A DNA stretch of 64,000 nucleotides, taken from contig NC_087245.1 in assembly GCF_037042905.1 (NCBI RefSeq), positions 16,618,001 to 16,682,000 on the forward strand, in the 5' to 3' direction. This DNA is from Lytechinus pictus (lineage: Eukaryota). Below the pieces are notes generated by a model. The model worked only from the letters and a program-made list of their open reading frames with translations, did no database searches and had not been told where the DNA came from. Below are positions 13,616-28,591 of this stretch, piece after piece. Numbering within the stretch: the first letter of the stretch is position 1; the number at the start of each line of letters is the position of its first letter. The position numbers were made by a program, and so were the translations under genes.

Positions 13616-14950
13616 CAGTGCGTATAAAAAAAACGGGACATATTTGAAAAGTCTATAAAATTTTTGTTTCGAATTATGATCTCTATATTTTGGTGTCAAT
13701 AGGTGCTCTGAGGTCTTATCCTTCAAATGCCATTAAAATAATTTAGTTTCGTTCATGCTTGAGCGAACAGGGAATGTTTTTGTCTGGGGTTAAAAAGGAG
13801 GCTTGCGCCAAATGGCATAAAATGATTAATATGATGGTCGGTCTTCTTGCTAATGAACAGACTTCCTCTTAACCTTTTCATTATCTTTGCCATAATTTTC
13901 GAATTATGCGGTTAAAATTCATTTCCAACTCTACGTAATTGCTTGAATTGTTCTGTTGTTGTTCCTTTTTGATATGTTCTCTTTTAGCTTTAAATATTCC
14001 TTCTTTTTTTAACCGAAGTATGGGAGAGCGTGTTTTTTTTCTTAAAATCCTTTCATTATGTGCTACAAAGGTTATGGTGCCTTTGAACAGTGGCATACTG
14101 ATGGGTGGGGGCTCGGGGTGCTCCCCCTCCCCCCCCCCCAACAAAAAAAATCATGACAAAGAAAAAAAAGTGGAAAGGAAAATAACAGAAAACATAGTAA
14201 GTGAAATGTAATATAATTTTCTGAATTTAAAAAAATTGATATTTTAATAAAAAAGTGGAATTTTTTGCTTGCTCGCTTCACAACTTTTTAATACATTTTA
14301 CCAGATCTGCCATATCTTGCTCCTTCAAAATTGACTCAATACACCATTGCCATTGAAAGACATGAATCCTTTCCTGTTTGTCCTGTCAAGCACATAATTA
14401 AACTTCGTAAAGGATTCAATAACCCCTTGAAAATAGGATTCATATCTTTTTTAGGTACCATGACATAATTTGTTTCACATAATAAAAGGATTTGAATAAT
14501 TACAAATTCTCCTAATTAATAATGCAAATCTTCTTACTTGGGTTGACAAAGAGTCTTCCTTTCTCACCTATGAAGGAAATTCCAAGGTAAAATAAGTTAA
14601 AATGAAAAACAAAATATTTCAGGTAAATAAATAAATTTGTAAATGAAATTTGACAGAATAATTCGAACATTATGGCAAAAATAATGAAAAGTTTAAGAGG
14701 AAGTCTGCTGATTAGCCAAAAATCTAATCATCAGATTTCTCATTTCTGCCATTTTGGCGCAAGCCTCTTTTTGAACACTCGACAAAAAACGTCCCGTGTT
14801 CGCTCAAGCATGAACAGAATTTATTTTTTTTAAATGGCATTTTAAAGATAAGATCTCAGAGCATCTATTAACATCAAAATATAGATATAATGATTTTAAA
14901 CAAATTGTTTATAGACTTTTCAAAACTGTCCCGTTTTTTTATACGCACTG
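13616..14950. mobile_element. Non-autonomous Tc1/mariner-type element with ~300-bp TIRs
   Basis: TA|CAGTGCGTATAAAAAAAACGGGACA ... TGTCCCGTTTTTTTATACGCACTG|TA; inverted similarity spans 13616-13924 versus 14642-14950. Confidence 0.85.
14088..14349. mobile_element. hAT-type MITE nested in the Tc1-like element
   Basis: Ends CAGTGGCATACTGA / TCAATACACCATTG; TSD CCTTTGAA/CCATTGAA (7/8). Confidence 0.65.
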
Positions 14951-16611
14951 TATACTTAGTAATTATACTTGCTTGTAATGAGCTTGATCAATTTGTGACG
15001 AAAAAAACTGATAATTGATATTTAAAGAGAGGTGCACATAATCCTAGCCTATCAAAATCATATACGTTTTTTCATTGTATACAAAATTGAGGCAAAATGC
15101 ATTATCATTAAGAACAATTATATAGATGAATTAGCATGAATAAATCTATATATACAAATAAACACATAGATAAATGAATAAATAAAGAAATAAAGAAACA
15201 ACTAAACAAAAACATAATTGAATAGACTTTATACAACTGGTCAAATTTGATGAAAGAGAAAAAAATGTGTTCTTTTTTTTTTTTATTTCATTGGTTACAT
15301 TTTGCCTCATATAGAGTGGCCAACACAATGTCTCTCTGAACTTTTGAACACAGCTCATTCAGTTAGTTGCCAGGAATCGGAAATCGTGTTTTGAAACGTG
15401 AAAACATTGATTTTATAGGCAGTTAAACTGAAATCGAAAGATGATATATAAAATAAAAACAACAATTACGAGTGTGTTCCATCGCAACATTTCCAAAAGG
15501 GACTGATTGCAAACGAAATGTTTGAAGGAGATAGCAACATATTTACAACATAATATGTTGCCATTTCCCACAAACATTAATACGTTCTACCATATCCTTC
15601 ATACAAATTCATATATTAAGAACATTGGTGGAGATTAAACATTGGATAAGACGAAGGAATTAAGTTTTATAATTTCACTGCCAAAGAACGAATCCTTACA
15701 AGAAAACTTGACCTCAAAAATTTTCGAGTATCTGACGTCATATCCTGACTTGACGCATTAATTAATCATTTTACTCTCACAGATTTAGACAACATCTATT
15801 CTAGTGCTTAAGACGTTTCCATAGATATTTCTATACATTCATATTGTGTAATACATGTTTTTGTCGATGAATCAAAATAATTATTTATGCTTTGTACCCT
15901 TTGTTTATTACCATGCAGTTATGATATTGCAACGAATTTATACTGTGATTATTTTGAATTATTTTCTGTGGAAATGAATTCATATGAATCTTGAATCTTA
16001 AAGACTACAACATCGCTTGTAATGAGCTCGAAACGGTTTGTTACCCCTCCCCCAAAAAATAATAAGAAAGAAAATAAAAAAATGAAAAAATAAACAAACA
16101 ACACAACGCCATTTACATGATTTAGCAATTATTGCCATAGCGGAATGGTATTCCCGATTATGTATTACATTTTTTTAATGGTGTTATAAATATCGGCGAA
16201 TGATGGTTTCGGCTATCACGTTCTTGAATATATGTCGGATTTTTTTCATCATTTTTGTGTTGCAAGATTGAGATAATTCTATATATAGGTCGATGATACC
16301 GAAAAAAGTACACGCCCTATAAAGTCCGGTTTTAGGTCTACCTATTTTTCACAAACTAGTTTTTGCTAAAAATTCAATCAACAAAAGTATGTGATCGGTG
16401 TACTAGGTTTATAAAACCTTGTAACTTTGATCCAATCAAAATGTTGACCATGGGAACGTAAACCTAGATATAATAATCATCAGAAGTTGGGTTTTGAATC
16501 ACTTTCGATATAATAATAACAGGTTATTCAAGTTCACGAGTACACACCTTTGACTGGAAAAGGAACGCCATCTAGAAAATAAGACTATCAAACACTTGCT
16601 GCTATATTATG

Positions 16612-17289
<678 letters not shown>

Positions 17290-18126
17290 ATATTGGTGTG
17301 GAAGGAGTTTCTGTAGAGGAAATGCAGTAAATATTAAACATTTTTGTGAGCAGCCAATATTTTCATTTATACTTTTCACACTTTTGTAATATTATATTGT
17401 CATGGCAACTATAACTCCTTACAATCACTCTTTATCCTAGTGAAATCTGGGTTTAACTATTTGTGACAAGTTCATGAAATTACTGTTTGAGTCTTGAAGG
17501 TCGATATTCATGCTGTCATGAATGTATGACATGCTGTTACTTGGGTGGAAGGTGTAATTAATGAGCTTTATTGAAACATTAACGTGCCTTAGAGAAAGAA
17601 GGATAAATATAATCTTATAATTGTATCCTAATCATAGCAATCGGTCTGACAGACAACAGAATACATGTCCAATTTTACATTGCCTAAGTCAAGGAACTAT
17701 TACTCATCGAGTCTTAACCCCTCCTGCACCATCTTATTTGAAAACAGTTGTCTTATTTCCAGACCTTTCAGAAGGATTTCTATTAATGCCCCACCCTCTT
17801 TTTTCAATGATACGTTCAGTTGTTGTTGTTTCTCTTATATTGTGAATTCTGATAAGTTAAAACGTCAGTCTCTTAACTATATCCGAAATGATAATATCTA
17901 ATAGTGCATTGTTCATATTGATGCGAGTAAAGAGAAATATAGAAATATAATCTGCAGTCATATTATTTTTGCACTGTTTGTAAAAATTGATTTTGAAAAA
18001 AAAAACATTTGGATATCCCAATTCCATGATTTCGAGTATTGGTTTTTGAAATTTCTTAGTATGAACACACCTTTTGTTAGTAATGTTTTACGCTTCTTTT
18101 CTTTATTCCTATAATCAATATTGATA

Positions 18127-18325
18127 CACTCTTAAAATGTTGGGCAACATACTGTCCACACAACAATTGGTTAAAAATATTATCCAACTCTGGGTAGTTT
18201 TTATCCAATACTGTGTAGTTTTCACCCAAAGCACACATTATTGGTTTAAAACTTCCCAGAATTGGATAAAGTTTTAACCAATAATTGTTGTGTGGACAGT
18301 ATGCTGCCCAACATTTTTAAGAGTG
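18127..18325. mobile_element. Palindromic MITE with TA TSD
   Basis: TA|CACTCTTAAAATGTTGGGCAACATACTGTCCACACAAC ... GTTGTGTGGACAGTATGCTGCCCAACATTTTTAAGAGTG|TA. Confidence 0.85.
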
Positions 18326-18733
18326 TAACGAATTATATTCCACTAAAAATAGCGTATCTGCAAAATGCAATACATTCCATGAACTGGCTTATAATTTACC
18401 TAATTTTTTAAAAAGAAAATGGCTTATAATCTATTACAATCGTCGTCTGAACTTTATTTTTGATTGAATCGAAAGTTAAAAAGAATCAAATCATGTGTTT
18501 CCTGTTGTAAAAAAGATGATATGAAAGTACGAAAAGAATGCAGAAAATACCCTTTCACTTTGTCTACCAGTCAACGACATGGAAGACCTTCATGCCCATC
18601 CTCCCTTCCTCTTGCAATCACCCCGGCGCTCATCTCTCATTAACTAAAAAAAATGTGATGGCAATTCACTTATCTATTATTACTCATACTTGCTATTTTG
18701 CAATGGTCATCTTAGGGTAGTCTGAATACGAGG

Positions 18734-18882
18734 AATAATAATAATAATAAAAAGATAATAACAATAACAATGATATCAATAATAATATCAATAATAATAA
18801 TAATAATGATAATAATAATAATGATAATAACAACAATAATGATAATCATCATCATCATAATAATAATGATTATAATAATAAT
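18734..18882. repeat. (AAT)n-type microsatellite
   Basis: Imperfect AAT/GAT/CAT/AAC triplet run. Confidence 0.9.
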
Positions 18883-20269
18883 TTAAAAAAAAAAGAAGCA
18901 ATCTGAACAGAACAAAACAAAAAATAAAAAATAAAAAAACCCTGATCACTTCTGTTCAATCAATCAAAAATTAATGGCAGCATGATCATTCATGATGTAC
19001 AAAGTGGTCTCCAAATGTATTCAAAATGTGAAAGGGAAACATACGTAAAATGAACAGAACGTCAAAGCAACACAACAGTCGGCTTGAAATTGAAATATCA
19101 TTATCTTCGAAGCCATATTTTGGCCTCTTTGTTTCTTCTGAGGAGTAAGAAAATGTGAAAAATGATATATGAGTGCATTTCATTGTAGACCGATGTGGGA
19201 ATTTGCTTTACAAATAAGAGGGGGCACAAAATGGTGATTGATTTTGTCATGCATAATGTTTTGATAAACAAGCCCCCCCCCAAAAAAAAAAAAAAAATTC
19301 TCACTCCCGAAAGAGACCCCAATTGACTTTAAAACAAACAAAATATAATTTTCATCCTCACTTTATACAAAAGGCGGGTAAAGCAATGTTACTCCTAATT
19401 GGGGGCATGGTCCTAGGAAGCGGGGAGCTCGGACACCATACGCAGCACCCTCGGGAAAAAATGTTGATATGCTAATGTATATATATAAGACCAAAATCTC
19501 AAAATCCCCTTCATTTTGGAGAGAATTTTTATTTTTTATTGTCAAATTTTGCTTGTCACAATTTTTATTACCAAAATCCCCTTCATTTTGTAATGAACTC
19601 CCTCCCCCTTGTTTTTTAATTTTTTGTTTGCTTGTAACAAACCAGCACCCCCTCTTTTAAAACTTTCCCATGCCCTTGGGGATCATAATTTGACTATATT
19701 GGGGGCAAAATTGGGGCAGAAATACTCTTGTGCGCCCCCAATCCGCGCTTGGTATAAATTTATTATTGAAACCTCATAGCTATATCGCGCGCAATAATTT
19801 TGTTTTTAATGAAAGTGAAACTGTAGTTTTTTTTCCGATGCCAACTCTCAAATGAAACTGCCATTGAAATAATTATACTCAATTATACAAATGTCACGAG
19901 TAGAAATAAATTATTTATAATATCCAGACTGGCTGTAAATAGATACATCGCAACAATGTAATTGATAAGTGGATTTGATGATATTCAATCTTTTTTTCTG
20001 TTGTGCTATGTTTAGGCAGCATTGTGATATGAGTCATGTGAGTTGATAATGTCCCTGTTCATAAAACCATAGGTTGCACATATAGAATCATACAAGTCAT
20101 GCTTAGGAATTTATGTGAATATGAAATTTATCTAGCTCGAAACCATTATGGTGTATATATTTAGAAAAATCTTCGTTTCACGAGTCAATTAATTTTAGTG
20201 TTTTATCTGAATGGTGACTTGGATTTCTCGTTTTCCTCCTTTCTTTCTTTGAAAATAATGGAACAACAG

Positions 20270-20331
20270 CTCACAGAGGAAACGTTACAGGACAGACTGA
20301 TTAGAACAGACGAAAGGGAAAATTTCAAGAG
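20270..20331 (+). CDS. GRASP: Tamalin/GRASP-like, exon 2
   Basis: CAG acceptor downstream of a pyrimidine tract; LTEETLQDRLIRTDERENFK(R); phase-2 donor AG|GTAAGT exactly bridges exon 1 (phase 0) and exon 3 (phase 2). Confidence 0.75.
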
Positions 20332-21204
20332 GTAAGTGGAGTGTTCTAAAGCCAGTGTAATGATATCCAAGTCCTTAATCATTTGGGAGCGCATAGAGCC
20401 GTTATTTATAATGTGTTATGCACTATAAAAGAACTGACTGTTATTATTAGAATGTCATAGAAAATAATGGACAATTTTTTGACATGGAAATTTGATTACC
20501 TTTTCGGTTTTAATATGGATTGCACAACTGTGCACAACATACTACACGAAGCCTCTTAATGATACACAATTTAGGAGTTCAGTTCCGTTACGCTTATTGA
20601 ACCACGTGATTGAACTATCTATATTACATCATGGGTATAGACTAGACACATTTCCATGGTCAGTTACCATGGTATCATAAATATTTCAGTCTCGCTGTTC
20701 CATTCTTTTAGAAAGAATAGGGGATAATCAGCCCTTCAAATGGCCTAGAAAGTGAAATAATTTCACAAAAGTGTGAAGAACGCAGTCACTTAGTGGCTAT
20801 TTCTAGTCTTTTCCAAACTCGTCTGTTTTTTTTTTTTTTTTTTTAGTGTATAGTGCATATACAGCCCGATATCACAGCATTCCCAGCATTACAACTTATT
20901 TGGCCTGTGTTCATAGTAAAAAAAACAAGGATCGGGGACTTTGGCCAGTGACGACATAAAAGAACAATGATGGATTAATTCAAGCTTCTTTTAAAAGTAA
21001 ATGCAGAGAAAAGAGAAAGATGGTGCCTCAGAGACAAAGAATACTCGATCCGTTAATTAAGCATAATTAATCGGACATGCTCTTCTAATGGGCTAAATTT
21101 TATAGGGACGACATGGTTAGCATGGTTTAGAAGCGTCAAACCTCGACCCAACCGCAACATAATGAATGAAAGAAGAATGTAATATGTAGAAATAAGGAGA
21201 CATC

Positions 21205-21207
<3 letters not shown>

Positions 21208-21241
<34 letters not shown>

Positions 21242-21342
21242 GCTCAGAGAACGGAAAGGAGGGAGAGAGAGAGGTGGAAGAAGGAGGAGAAAAAGGTGGA
21301 GAAGAAGAAGAACAAGAAGAACAAGAACAAGAAAAAAAAAAG
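21208..21342. repeat. (GA)n and purine-rich simple repeats
   Basis: GA dinucleotide run followed by GAA/GGA-rich tract. Confidence 0.85.
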
Positions 21343-24040
21343 AATTCAGATTATGAATGACGTATTTTAAGAATAGTGGTCCTTATGACATTCCCTTTCT
21401 GTTGTATGGCCTGCGTCCCTAATGACTAGGGGGCTACACCATTATAGCTCAAAACTTAAAAATAAAGTAATAATGATGAACTAGAGATTACGATTTCACC
21501 AACTTGCGATTTGGGAAACAGAACATGTCATTTGTTTTTAAATTGTATGGCGTAATATGCTGCCCACCTCTTCATAATTACGTAAAAAAGGTTTATAAAT
21601 GTCTAGCAGAAAAAGAACAATATACAGTTAATGCAAATTCAATGTTCTGTTCCCATCCTGGCAAACTAATGAAATCATAATCCTCTTTATAATCGTTTCT
21701 TTATTGTTGCATTTTTCCATTGTAATGATTAGTCGCAATAGGGGAAACTCATTTTTTGAAACATCACTGAAATCATGGTATTTATAAACCATTTGTATTT
21801 AATAAGAGATAAAAGATAAAGTCTTCTCGTAATTTAACTAGACGGTATATAAAGACTCTCATGCAGAGAATGACATAATTAATGTTCGATGAATAGTAGA
21901 CACCTGTGAGGCCGCGGAACCGGGGGGGGGGGGGGGCTTCAGCCCCCCACTTTTTTCCAAAACCGTGTACAAAAACGTAAAAATGACCATATGATTGTGA
22001 TTTTTAGCATGGTCAGCCCCCCACTTTGAAAACCGTTCCGCGGCCCCTGCTGTCTATGTATTCATCAAACACATATAGCTTCTGTTATACTTGACAAATT
22101 TCTTTCCAACGTCTTAAGAAACCGCATGATGTTTTTTTTTTACTTGTTCATGGTTAAACAGTGGGCTTAATACGCCTATGATTACTTGTAGTTTGGTTAA
22201 CCGCCATGTTTTAATTAGAAATGGAAAGGAAATGGGTGGAAATAGGCGGGTTGATAAGTGTGAGTAAACGAAGAAGAGAATGACAGATGTACAGAACCTT
22301 TCTTCTAAATGTGGGTTGGTATACTAAACCAATCATAAATGGCTATTTCCTGCATTTTCTAATGAAGCAGGGAAAGAAGAAGCCGAGGACAAAGCGGGAT
22401 AATAATAATAATAATAAAATAATATTGATAATAATAAAAAGAAGGAGAAAAAAAAGAAGAAGTAGAAAGGGAAGAAGAAGAAAAAGAAGAAGAGAGAGGG
22501 AGAGTCTAAAAGCAAAAGAAGGCGAGAAAGAGAGATAAGAGAGAAATAAAGAGAAGCATCATCAACAAAAGAGGCATCGACTCCCCATCAGGTCTGGATG
22601 AGCACGACTTACAAAAAAAAATGTCATGTATATTGGGGTTATAAGGCTGGATGTCAAATATTATGTTTCAAAGATTATCATTGATCGCTTGTTTGTTCAA
22701 AGAGCGTTATCAAGGCCTGACATCTCACTCGAAATCCTCCTTAACATCTTCGATTCTTTTTTTAAGCGGAAGTTAATTGGTAACCATCACTCAAGAAATC
22801 CCTCCCCCAAAATAGTTTCTATCTTCAGCCTTGGGAATGATACATCTCGTCTGAACCCAAGCTCCCTGTCTCAAAGGTTTACCTGTCATAATATACTCAA
22901 CCCGACCTCAATCTTAGTCCTATTGATAGATTTTCTTGTAAATCTATGGTCAGGAGACACTCTTTATTCCTCCCTTGCTGGGATAGAGATGGTTGATTCT
23001 AGATCATCCCATTGAGTCCTTGGGGTTTGGTAATACAATCCCATCATCAAGGAAAGATAGGACAGTCCCAGTGTGTAGGAGTGTCTAATGGTCTCATCTC
23101 AAAATCCGAAATATCTTAAGTTCACACCAAAAGTGACTAATCATAGCAAATTGCGCGTCTTTCCCTCTTGAAAGTCCATAAGACTATAATTTACCCTCTA
23201 AATGATATGGAGAATACAGTGCGATCCATTAATTTTGTCCTAAAATTCCCATGACCCGATGACGTTGTATAGTCACTAAGCTTTCTCATCACGAATCTTA
23301 TATATAGTATATACTGCATGAATCCATTGTTTTGTGAATAACTAGAGTTTTGAACAAAAAGAAAAGAAAATAGATTATTCAAAACATTTTCTCCGTCTGA
23401 ACGTGGGCTATACTGTAAAAAAATCACTTGTCTTATAATCGTATTTCACTATATCTTCTTCGACTTCTAATAAGAAAACGTTATTTGGCGCCACTTTGAC
23501 GTTCATGGACCGTAGTTCTAATTGTCCCCCTGTCCCCAGCTGTTTTCCGAACAAAGAAAGACAGAAAAACCCCATTGTCCAATACATAGGTGTGAGACTA
23601 ACAGCATACATATGGCATATTCTGCAATTTTACAAGATTTCAGAATATTATGTCTGCCTATGTCATCATTCTCTAACAGAGTTTAGTTGAATTAAAGTTA
23701 GTTGGAAGTTGTAGTATTCACCATAACATTTCATGAATCTATAGCTGAAACAGTTATTAACAGTCAATGTTGACCTATGGTAAATTTAAAAATATATATA
23801 TTTGTATCGATCCTTCATCTGTTCTATTTTCATCACGAATGATGCAGCTACATCTTCTTTCCATTGAAGATGGAAATGAAATGCTAACTCATTCGTGCTG
23901 CTCGCAAACTCCCTTAGGAATAATTTCAGGGCTTTGGTTTATGAATGATTCATGCATCAAATCGAAAGACTGTTCTCTTCCTTCACCCGCAATCGTGACT
24001 ATTTTGGATGTGACTGCACTAATTAATTTCTCAATTCATA

Positions 24041-24198
24041 CCTCAGTCACATCTCCCCTATACGGCGGCGGTACAGCGAGTCGAAAACAGCCGTTTTAAC
24101 ATTTTTTTACCATACATATAGGTGGTTTGAATAAAAATTAATAAAACGGCTGTTTTCGACTCGCCTTACGGCCGCCGTAGGGGGAAATGTGACTGAAG
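24041..24198. mobile_element. Small hairpin MITE
   Basis: TCAGTCACATCTCCCC...GCGAGTCGAAAACAGCCGTTTTA is inverted against TAAAACGGCTGTTTTCGACTCGC...GGGGAAATGTGACTGA. Confidence 0.8.
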
Positions 24199-27059
24199 TC
24201 CAAAGCGCTGTACTCAGAAGCGTATGGTGTGTTAATCACAGACTTTGATACATGCGTGCAAATTGAAGGCATGCGTACACTATTTACTGTAAGGCCAGGC
24301 AGTGATGACTCCCTATCATGTCTAATGTCCTTGGGGGATTTGTCACTTTTTATTTAATTTTACTGGGATTAATAACCTGGTTTGTACTCATAAACATGGA
24401 TAACTAATGGTAATATTTAAAACAATGATGATTATGATGATGATGATGATGATGATGATGATGGTAATAATAATAATAATAATAATAATCATATTAATGA
24501 TAATAGTAATAATGATAATAATAATAACTATAAACAATATATAACAAGATATAATGGAAAGAATAAGAGACTCCGAAGAATATGAATATTAAAACTATTG
24601 GAGTGATCACGTAATGTAAAATCTTAAAACAAACAACTCGGTAAAATTGACTAGACCAGTAGTCAGCTGGGTGTAACTGATATGTCTAGTCACACTTCTG
24701 AATTATATTCTAGTCAGAAATAATTCTGTTCTAGTAAAATACGACTAGAAAACAGTCAAATATGACTAGAATAACAGTTGCACACAGCTGAACCTATAAA
24801 CTAATCGTTTTTTACTGATTTGTTTTTAGAGTGTATTTCGTTTTAAAACAAAAGTGATGCTACGAGAATTAATAATCACCATAATGAAAATAAGAAAATG
24901 CCCAATCATATCAACATCTTTTCCTGTCACCAGCATTAGTTGACCTTATAGAAGCGATCAAACCATGGAACAGAAAGTACTTTTGGTGTGGAGCTGATAA
25001 CTCATTTTAGGTGTTTATCTGGTTCATTTGAAATAGATCCATCATGGTGCCAATATGGAAGATCAGAATGACAATCGTATAACGTCAGACACACAAAGAC
25101 AAAATATTCGCCCGGTAATACTTCATAATCATAACAATTATTGATTGTGTCATGAAAAGTAGGGCATTTATGCGTTTCACTCATGCCAATCATAATATCA
25201 GTGGCGTCGAGTGACGTGAAAATGTGAGGGGATGAGTTTGGATGCTATTCGCTCTTCCATAAAAGTTTCGAGAAAGTGAAGCGAGTAAGCCAAACAAATA
25301 GACATTTCAGAATATTTTGCCAAAGCTTTGGAAGTCTACTGGGTATATTCAAAGAAATTTAATGATAATCATAATAATAATGCTAAAAAAAATGAATACA
25401 TTGAGTAAAAAAAAGATTTTATGAAATATTTAGGGGTCTCCAGCCCCAAGCCCCACCAGTATTGACCAATGGTAGTTGGGAACGGTAGCTATAGCCCAAA
25501 GAATTTGAAATGTAGTTGTCAACATCACATTTCTTTGCTTTCTATTAAATTTCATTGAATATCCGGTTGATTCGACTCTTCATAATATAATATATCCTTT
25601 CTATACGTCATGTACATGTACATGATCTATGGCAAAATCGATTACTTGTTGATTGGAAGATGTTGTCCATGCTCTATAACCATAATAACCGCTCGCTTCG
25701 ATCGCTTGCATTTTCATCGCAATAGTAAAACGTACAAAACCCCCGCTTTAACATCATTGCCTCATTTTGCCCCTGCAGACAGGATGCTAATACCCACCCC
25801 AACCCAAAGCATTACCAATCAGTCTGATCAAGGTTACTTCAAGTTTCGATTTTATCTGAATTTGAAATCTAGAGGGACTCGTGTGTACACTTAATAAATT
25901 TGACTAGGAAATTATAAGTCATGAATAATGTCTTTCTGTTTCCCATTAAGACATCCGTCGGATTTCTTGTTTTTTTTTCTTCCAATTTTCCTTTTGAGCT
26001 GTTGTATATAGATGACTAATAATTCCCACCAACAGCAGTCGTTTAAATGTTATGACTGTAGGCCTACCTAAACAGAAATAATACTAAGTTTAAAAACAAC
26101 AAACTAATATTCGATATTACTTTTTTATGCTGCCAGTAATACTTCTTTTCGTACAGTCAATACAATGAAAATTTTATAAAAGTAAATGAAGATAAATACA
26201 TAATTATGTTAATAGATGAATGGATGACATGACAAATGAATAAATAGATAAACAAAAATAGATAAGTAAGTAATGTAAAATTAACTGACATAGATGATTA
26301 TACAAAAACTAAAACTAAATGAATAAATATGTAAATCAATAAATAGATAAACAAGCATAGATAAATGAATGAATGAATGAATAACAGCTAAATCGAGTGA
26401 TAGATAAAAAAATATATATAAAAATAATGAATAAATATTTAGTATATAATTCAATAAATATATGAGTTTTCTCATTTATGAATAAATAAAACAATAATAA
26501 TAAAAAACATTTCAGATTAAAAAATATACATGTAAATATTACATGAAAACAATATGAGAAAGCAGTTTCTCGTGTTGTTACTGTTGTGATTTCCTTCACG
26601 TCTTTGATTCATTCTGCATACAAAGACAGAGGGTAAAACCACGCCCTTTATGGACGTCGAGGGTATACACCCTGACATCTCGTGGATGGGACCTCTTATT
26701 ACTGAACATGGGTGAATATCAGCAGGTTGCCCTGGCCTCGGAAGGGCACATTTTCCGTTACTATTATCTGCCCCCGTTGGGTATTCCGCCTTACCTGACG
26801 TTAACCCCTCCGATCTCCCTCTTATACTGGAAATAGGTGCACGCCAATGGCAAGAGTGCATCCTTGTATCTTTGTATTTCGAAAATTTGTGTATGACAAA
26901 ATACATGCCCGACAATGCAACGAATTGATGTGACGTAGAGGAAAGTAATTCAAAGTAAAGGAGACCGTATGAAAAAAAATCAATCAGCGAAACCAATATT
27001 TTGATTATATATCTGTTTTTGTTTGGCTCAGTAATGATTTTGACTTTTAGTAGTTGTAC

Positions 27060-27268
27060 AGAAGAAGAAGAAGAAGAAGAAGGAGGAGGAGAAGGAGGAA
27101 GAGAAGGTGAAGAAGAAGAAAGAAGAAGGAGGAGAAGGAAAATAAGAAGAAAAAGAAGAAAAGGGAAAAGAAGAAGAAGGAGAACAAGAATAATACAAAG
27201 AGGAAGAAGAAGAAGAAGACGGAGAGGAAGAAGAAGAAAGGGGAAAAGAAGAACAAGAAGAAGAAGAA
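27060..27268. repeat. (GAA/GGA)n purine-rich microsatellite
   Basis: Triplet run; accounts for the poly-E/R and poly-F ORFs. Confidence 0.92.
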
Positions 27269-27858
27269 TGAGATCAAAGATTTTACCGCTATATTAATAA
27301 CTGGTTGAGAGAGAGAGAATAAAAAAATTAAGAGCATTTGGAGATAGCGACCATATTACGGTCGTAATAAAGAGCAGGTGTTGCCAAATTACAAACAGGC
27401 CACATCCGTCCGAACAGGCTGGAGATCCACTGATTGATCTCGTTGTAGACTTGAATATGTTGGCTGTCTTCCCCGTATATCACATCATTGCTCATCCCAA
27501 TATATCAACCTTAAATTTACTTGATATTTTCTTATATTTGTATAATTTATATAATGTCGGAAAGCAAAACAGTTTTGTACGGGTACAAGTGTGTGAAAGA
27601 GAGAGGGAGATCATTATACAATTCCTGTAAACAAGTTGATATAAGCCTCACATAATTATCATAAAGTGATTAGAAATTACCTGCTGAAGTGACAGACACA
27701 ACACTATAGAGTTTACAATTAGGGCCTCTCTAAGAAAGTAATGCGACAATGTTATTTTTCCCCAATATTTTGATCATCATAATAGGTCAAAAGAACACTT
27801 TATTAAGACGCATTCATTTTATATCTCCAATTCGTTCCTATTTTTCTATTAATTCTAG

Positions 27859-28013
27859 GAGAACGATCATCGTCGAAAAGCAAGCAGGAACGTTTGGATT
27901 TGAGCTTCAGACCTATGCCATACATCACAAAGGACGAAATGAATTAGAGCTATGTACCTATGTATGCGACGTTCATCCCGATGGCCCAGCCTACCTAGCC
28001 GGAATGAGAGCAG
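27859..28013 (+). CDS. GRASP: Tamalin/GRASP-like, exon 3 (PDZ N-terminal half)
   Basis: TAG acceptor and G|GTAGGT donor; RTIIVEKQAGTFGFELQTYAIHHKGRNELELCTYVCDVHPDGPAYLAGMRAG resembles the tamalin/CYTIP PDZ signature (TFGFEIQTY...HH...TFVC.VH..SPA.LAGL..G). Confidence 0.92.
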
Positions 28014-28493
28014 GTAGGTATCGAGATACCATGAAGGGATTCTAAAATGTGATTTAGTCCATAATTATGATACACTCATTGCAATTTTATATCTTGGTGA
28101 GAATCATTTGTCTATTGACGCAAATTTTAATATTGCCAACTCTCTTATCAAATAGTGTACGATGCGAATAATGTAATAATATACTTTGCGTTCCTACTGG
28201 TGTCCCACAAGGTTCTATTGGTGGACCATTTTCACCGCCGCAACTGGTCCAAATATTTAATACGATGGAATGGAATATTTATACAGATTAATATGTGCGG
28301 AGTAGATCGAACTATATCGTCAAGTCAATAATAGTTGTATGAAAGCGTATTGATATTGTTCTAAACACAATTCTATACATTATTAAACATTAAATTTTCA
28401 ACATTTAATCTTTAATCATGTTAATGCTAGATTATGCATGTAGTAACCCATACATACATGTATTCAATTTTGATTGTTATAGTAATACCATCT

Positions 28494-28591
28494 CATGTAA
28501 TTATTCTAGACATATTCCACTTTGAAATCAAACATATCACATCATGTAATTATTCTAGACATATTCCACTTTGAAATCAAACATATCACAT
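28494..28591. repeat. Exact 49-bp tandem duplication
   Basis: CATGTAATTATTCTAGACATATTCCACTTTGAAATCAAACATATCACAT twice. Confidence 0.9.

Noticed and set aside
27001..27337. Arg/Glu-rich protamine-like ORF and antisense Phe-rich ORF
   Set aside because: Translation of a (GAA/GGA)n repeat; no supporting gene structure. The same applies to 22287-22538
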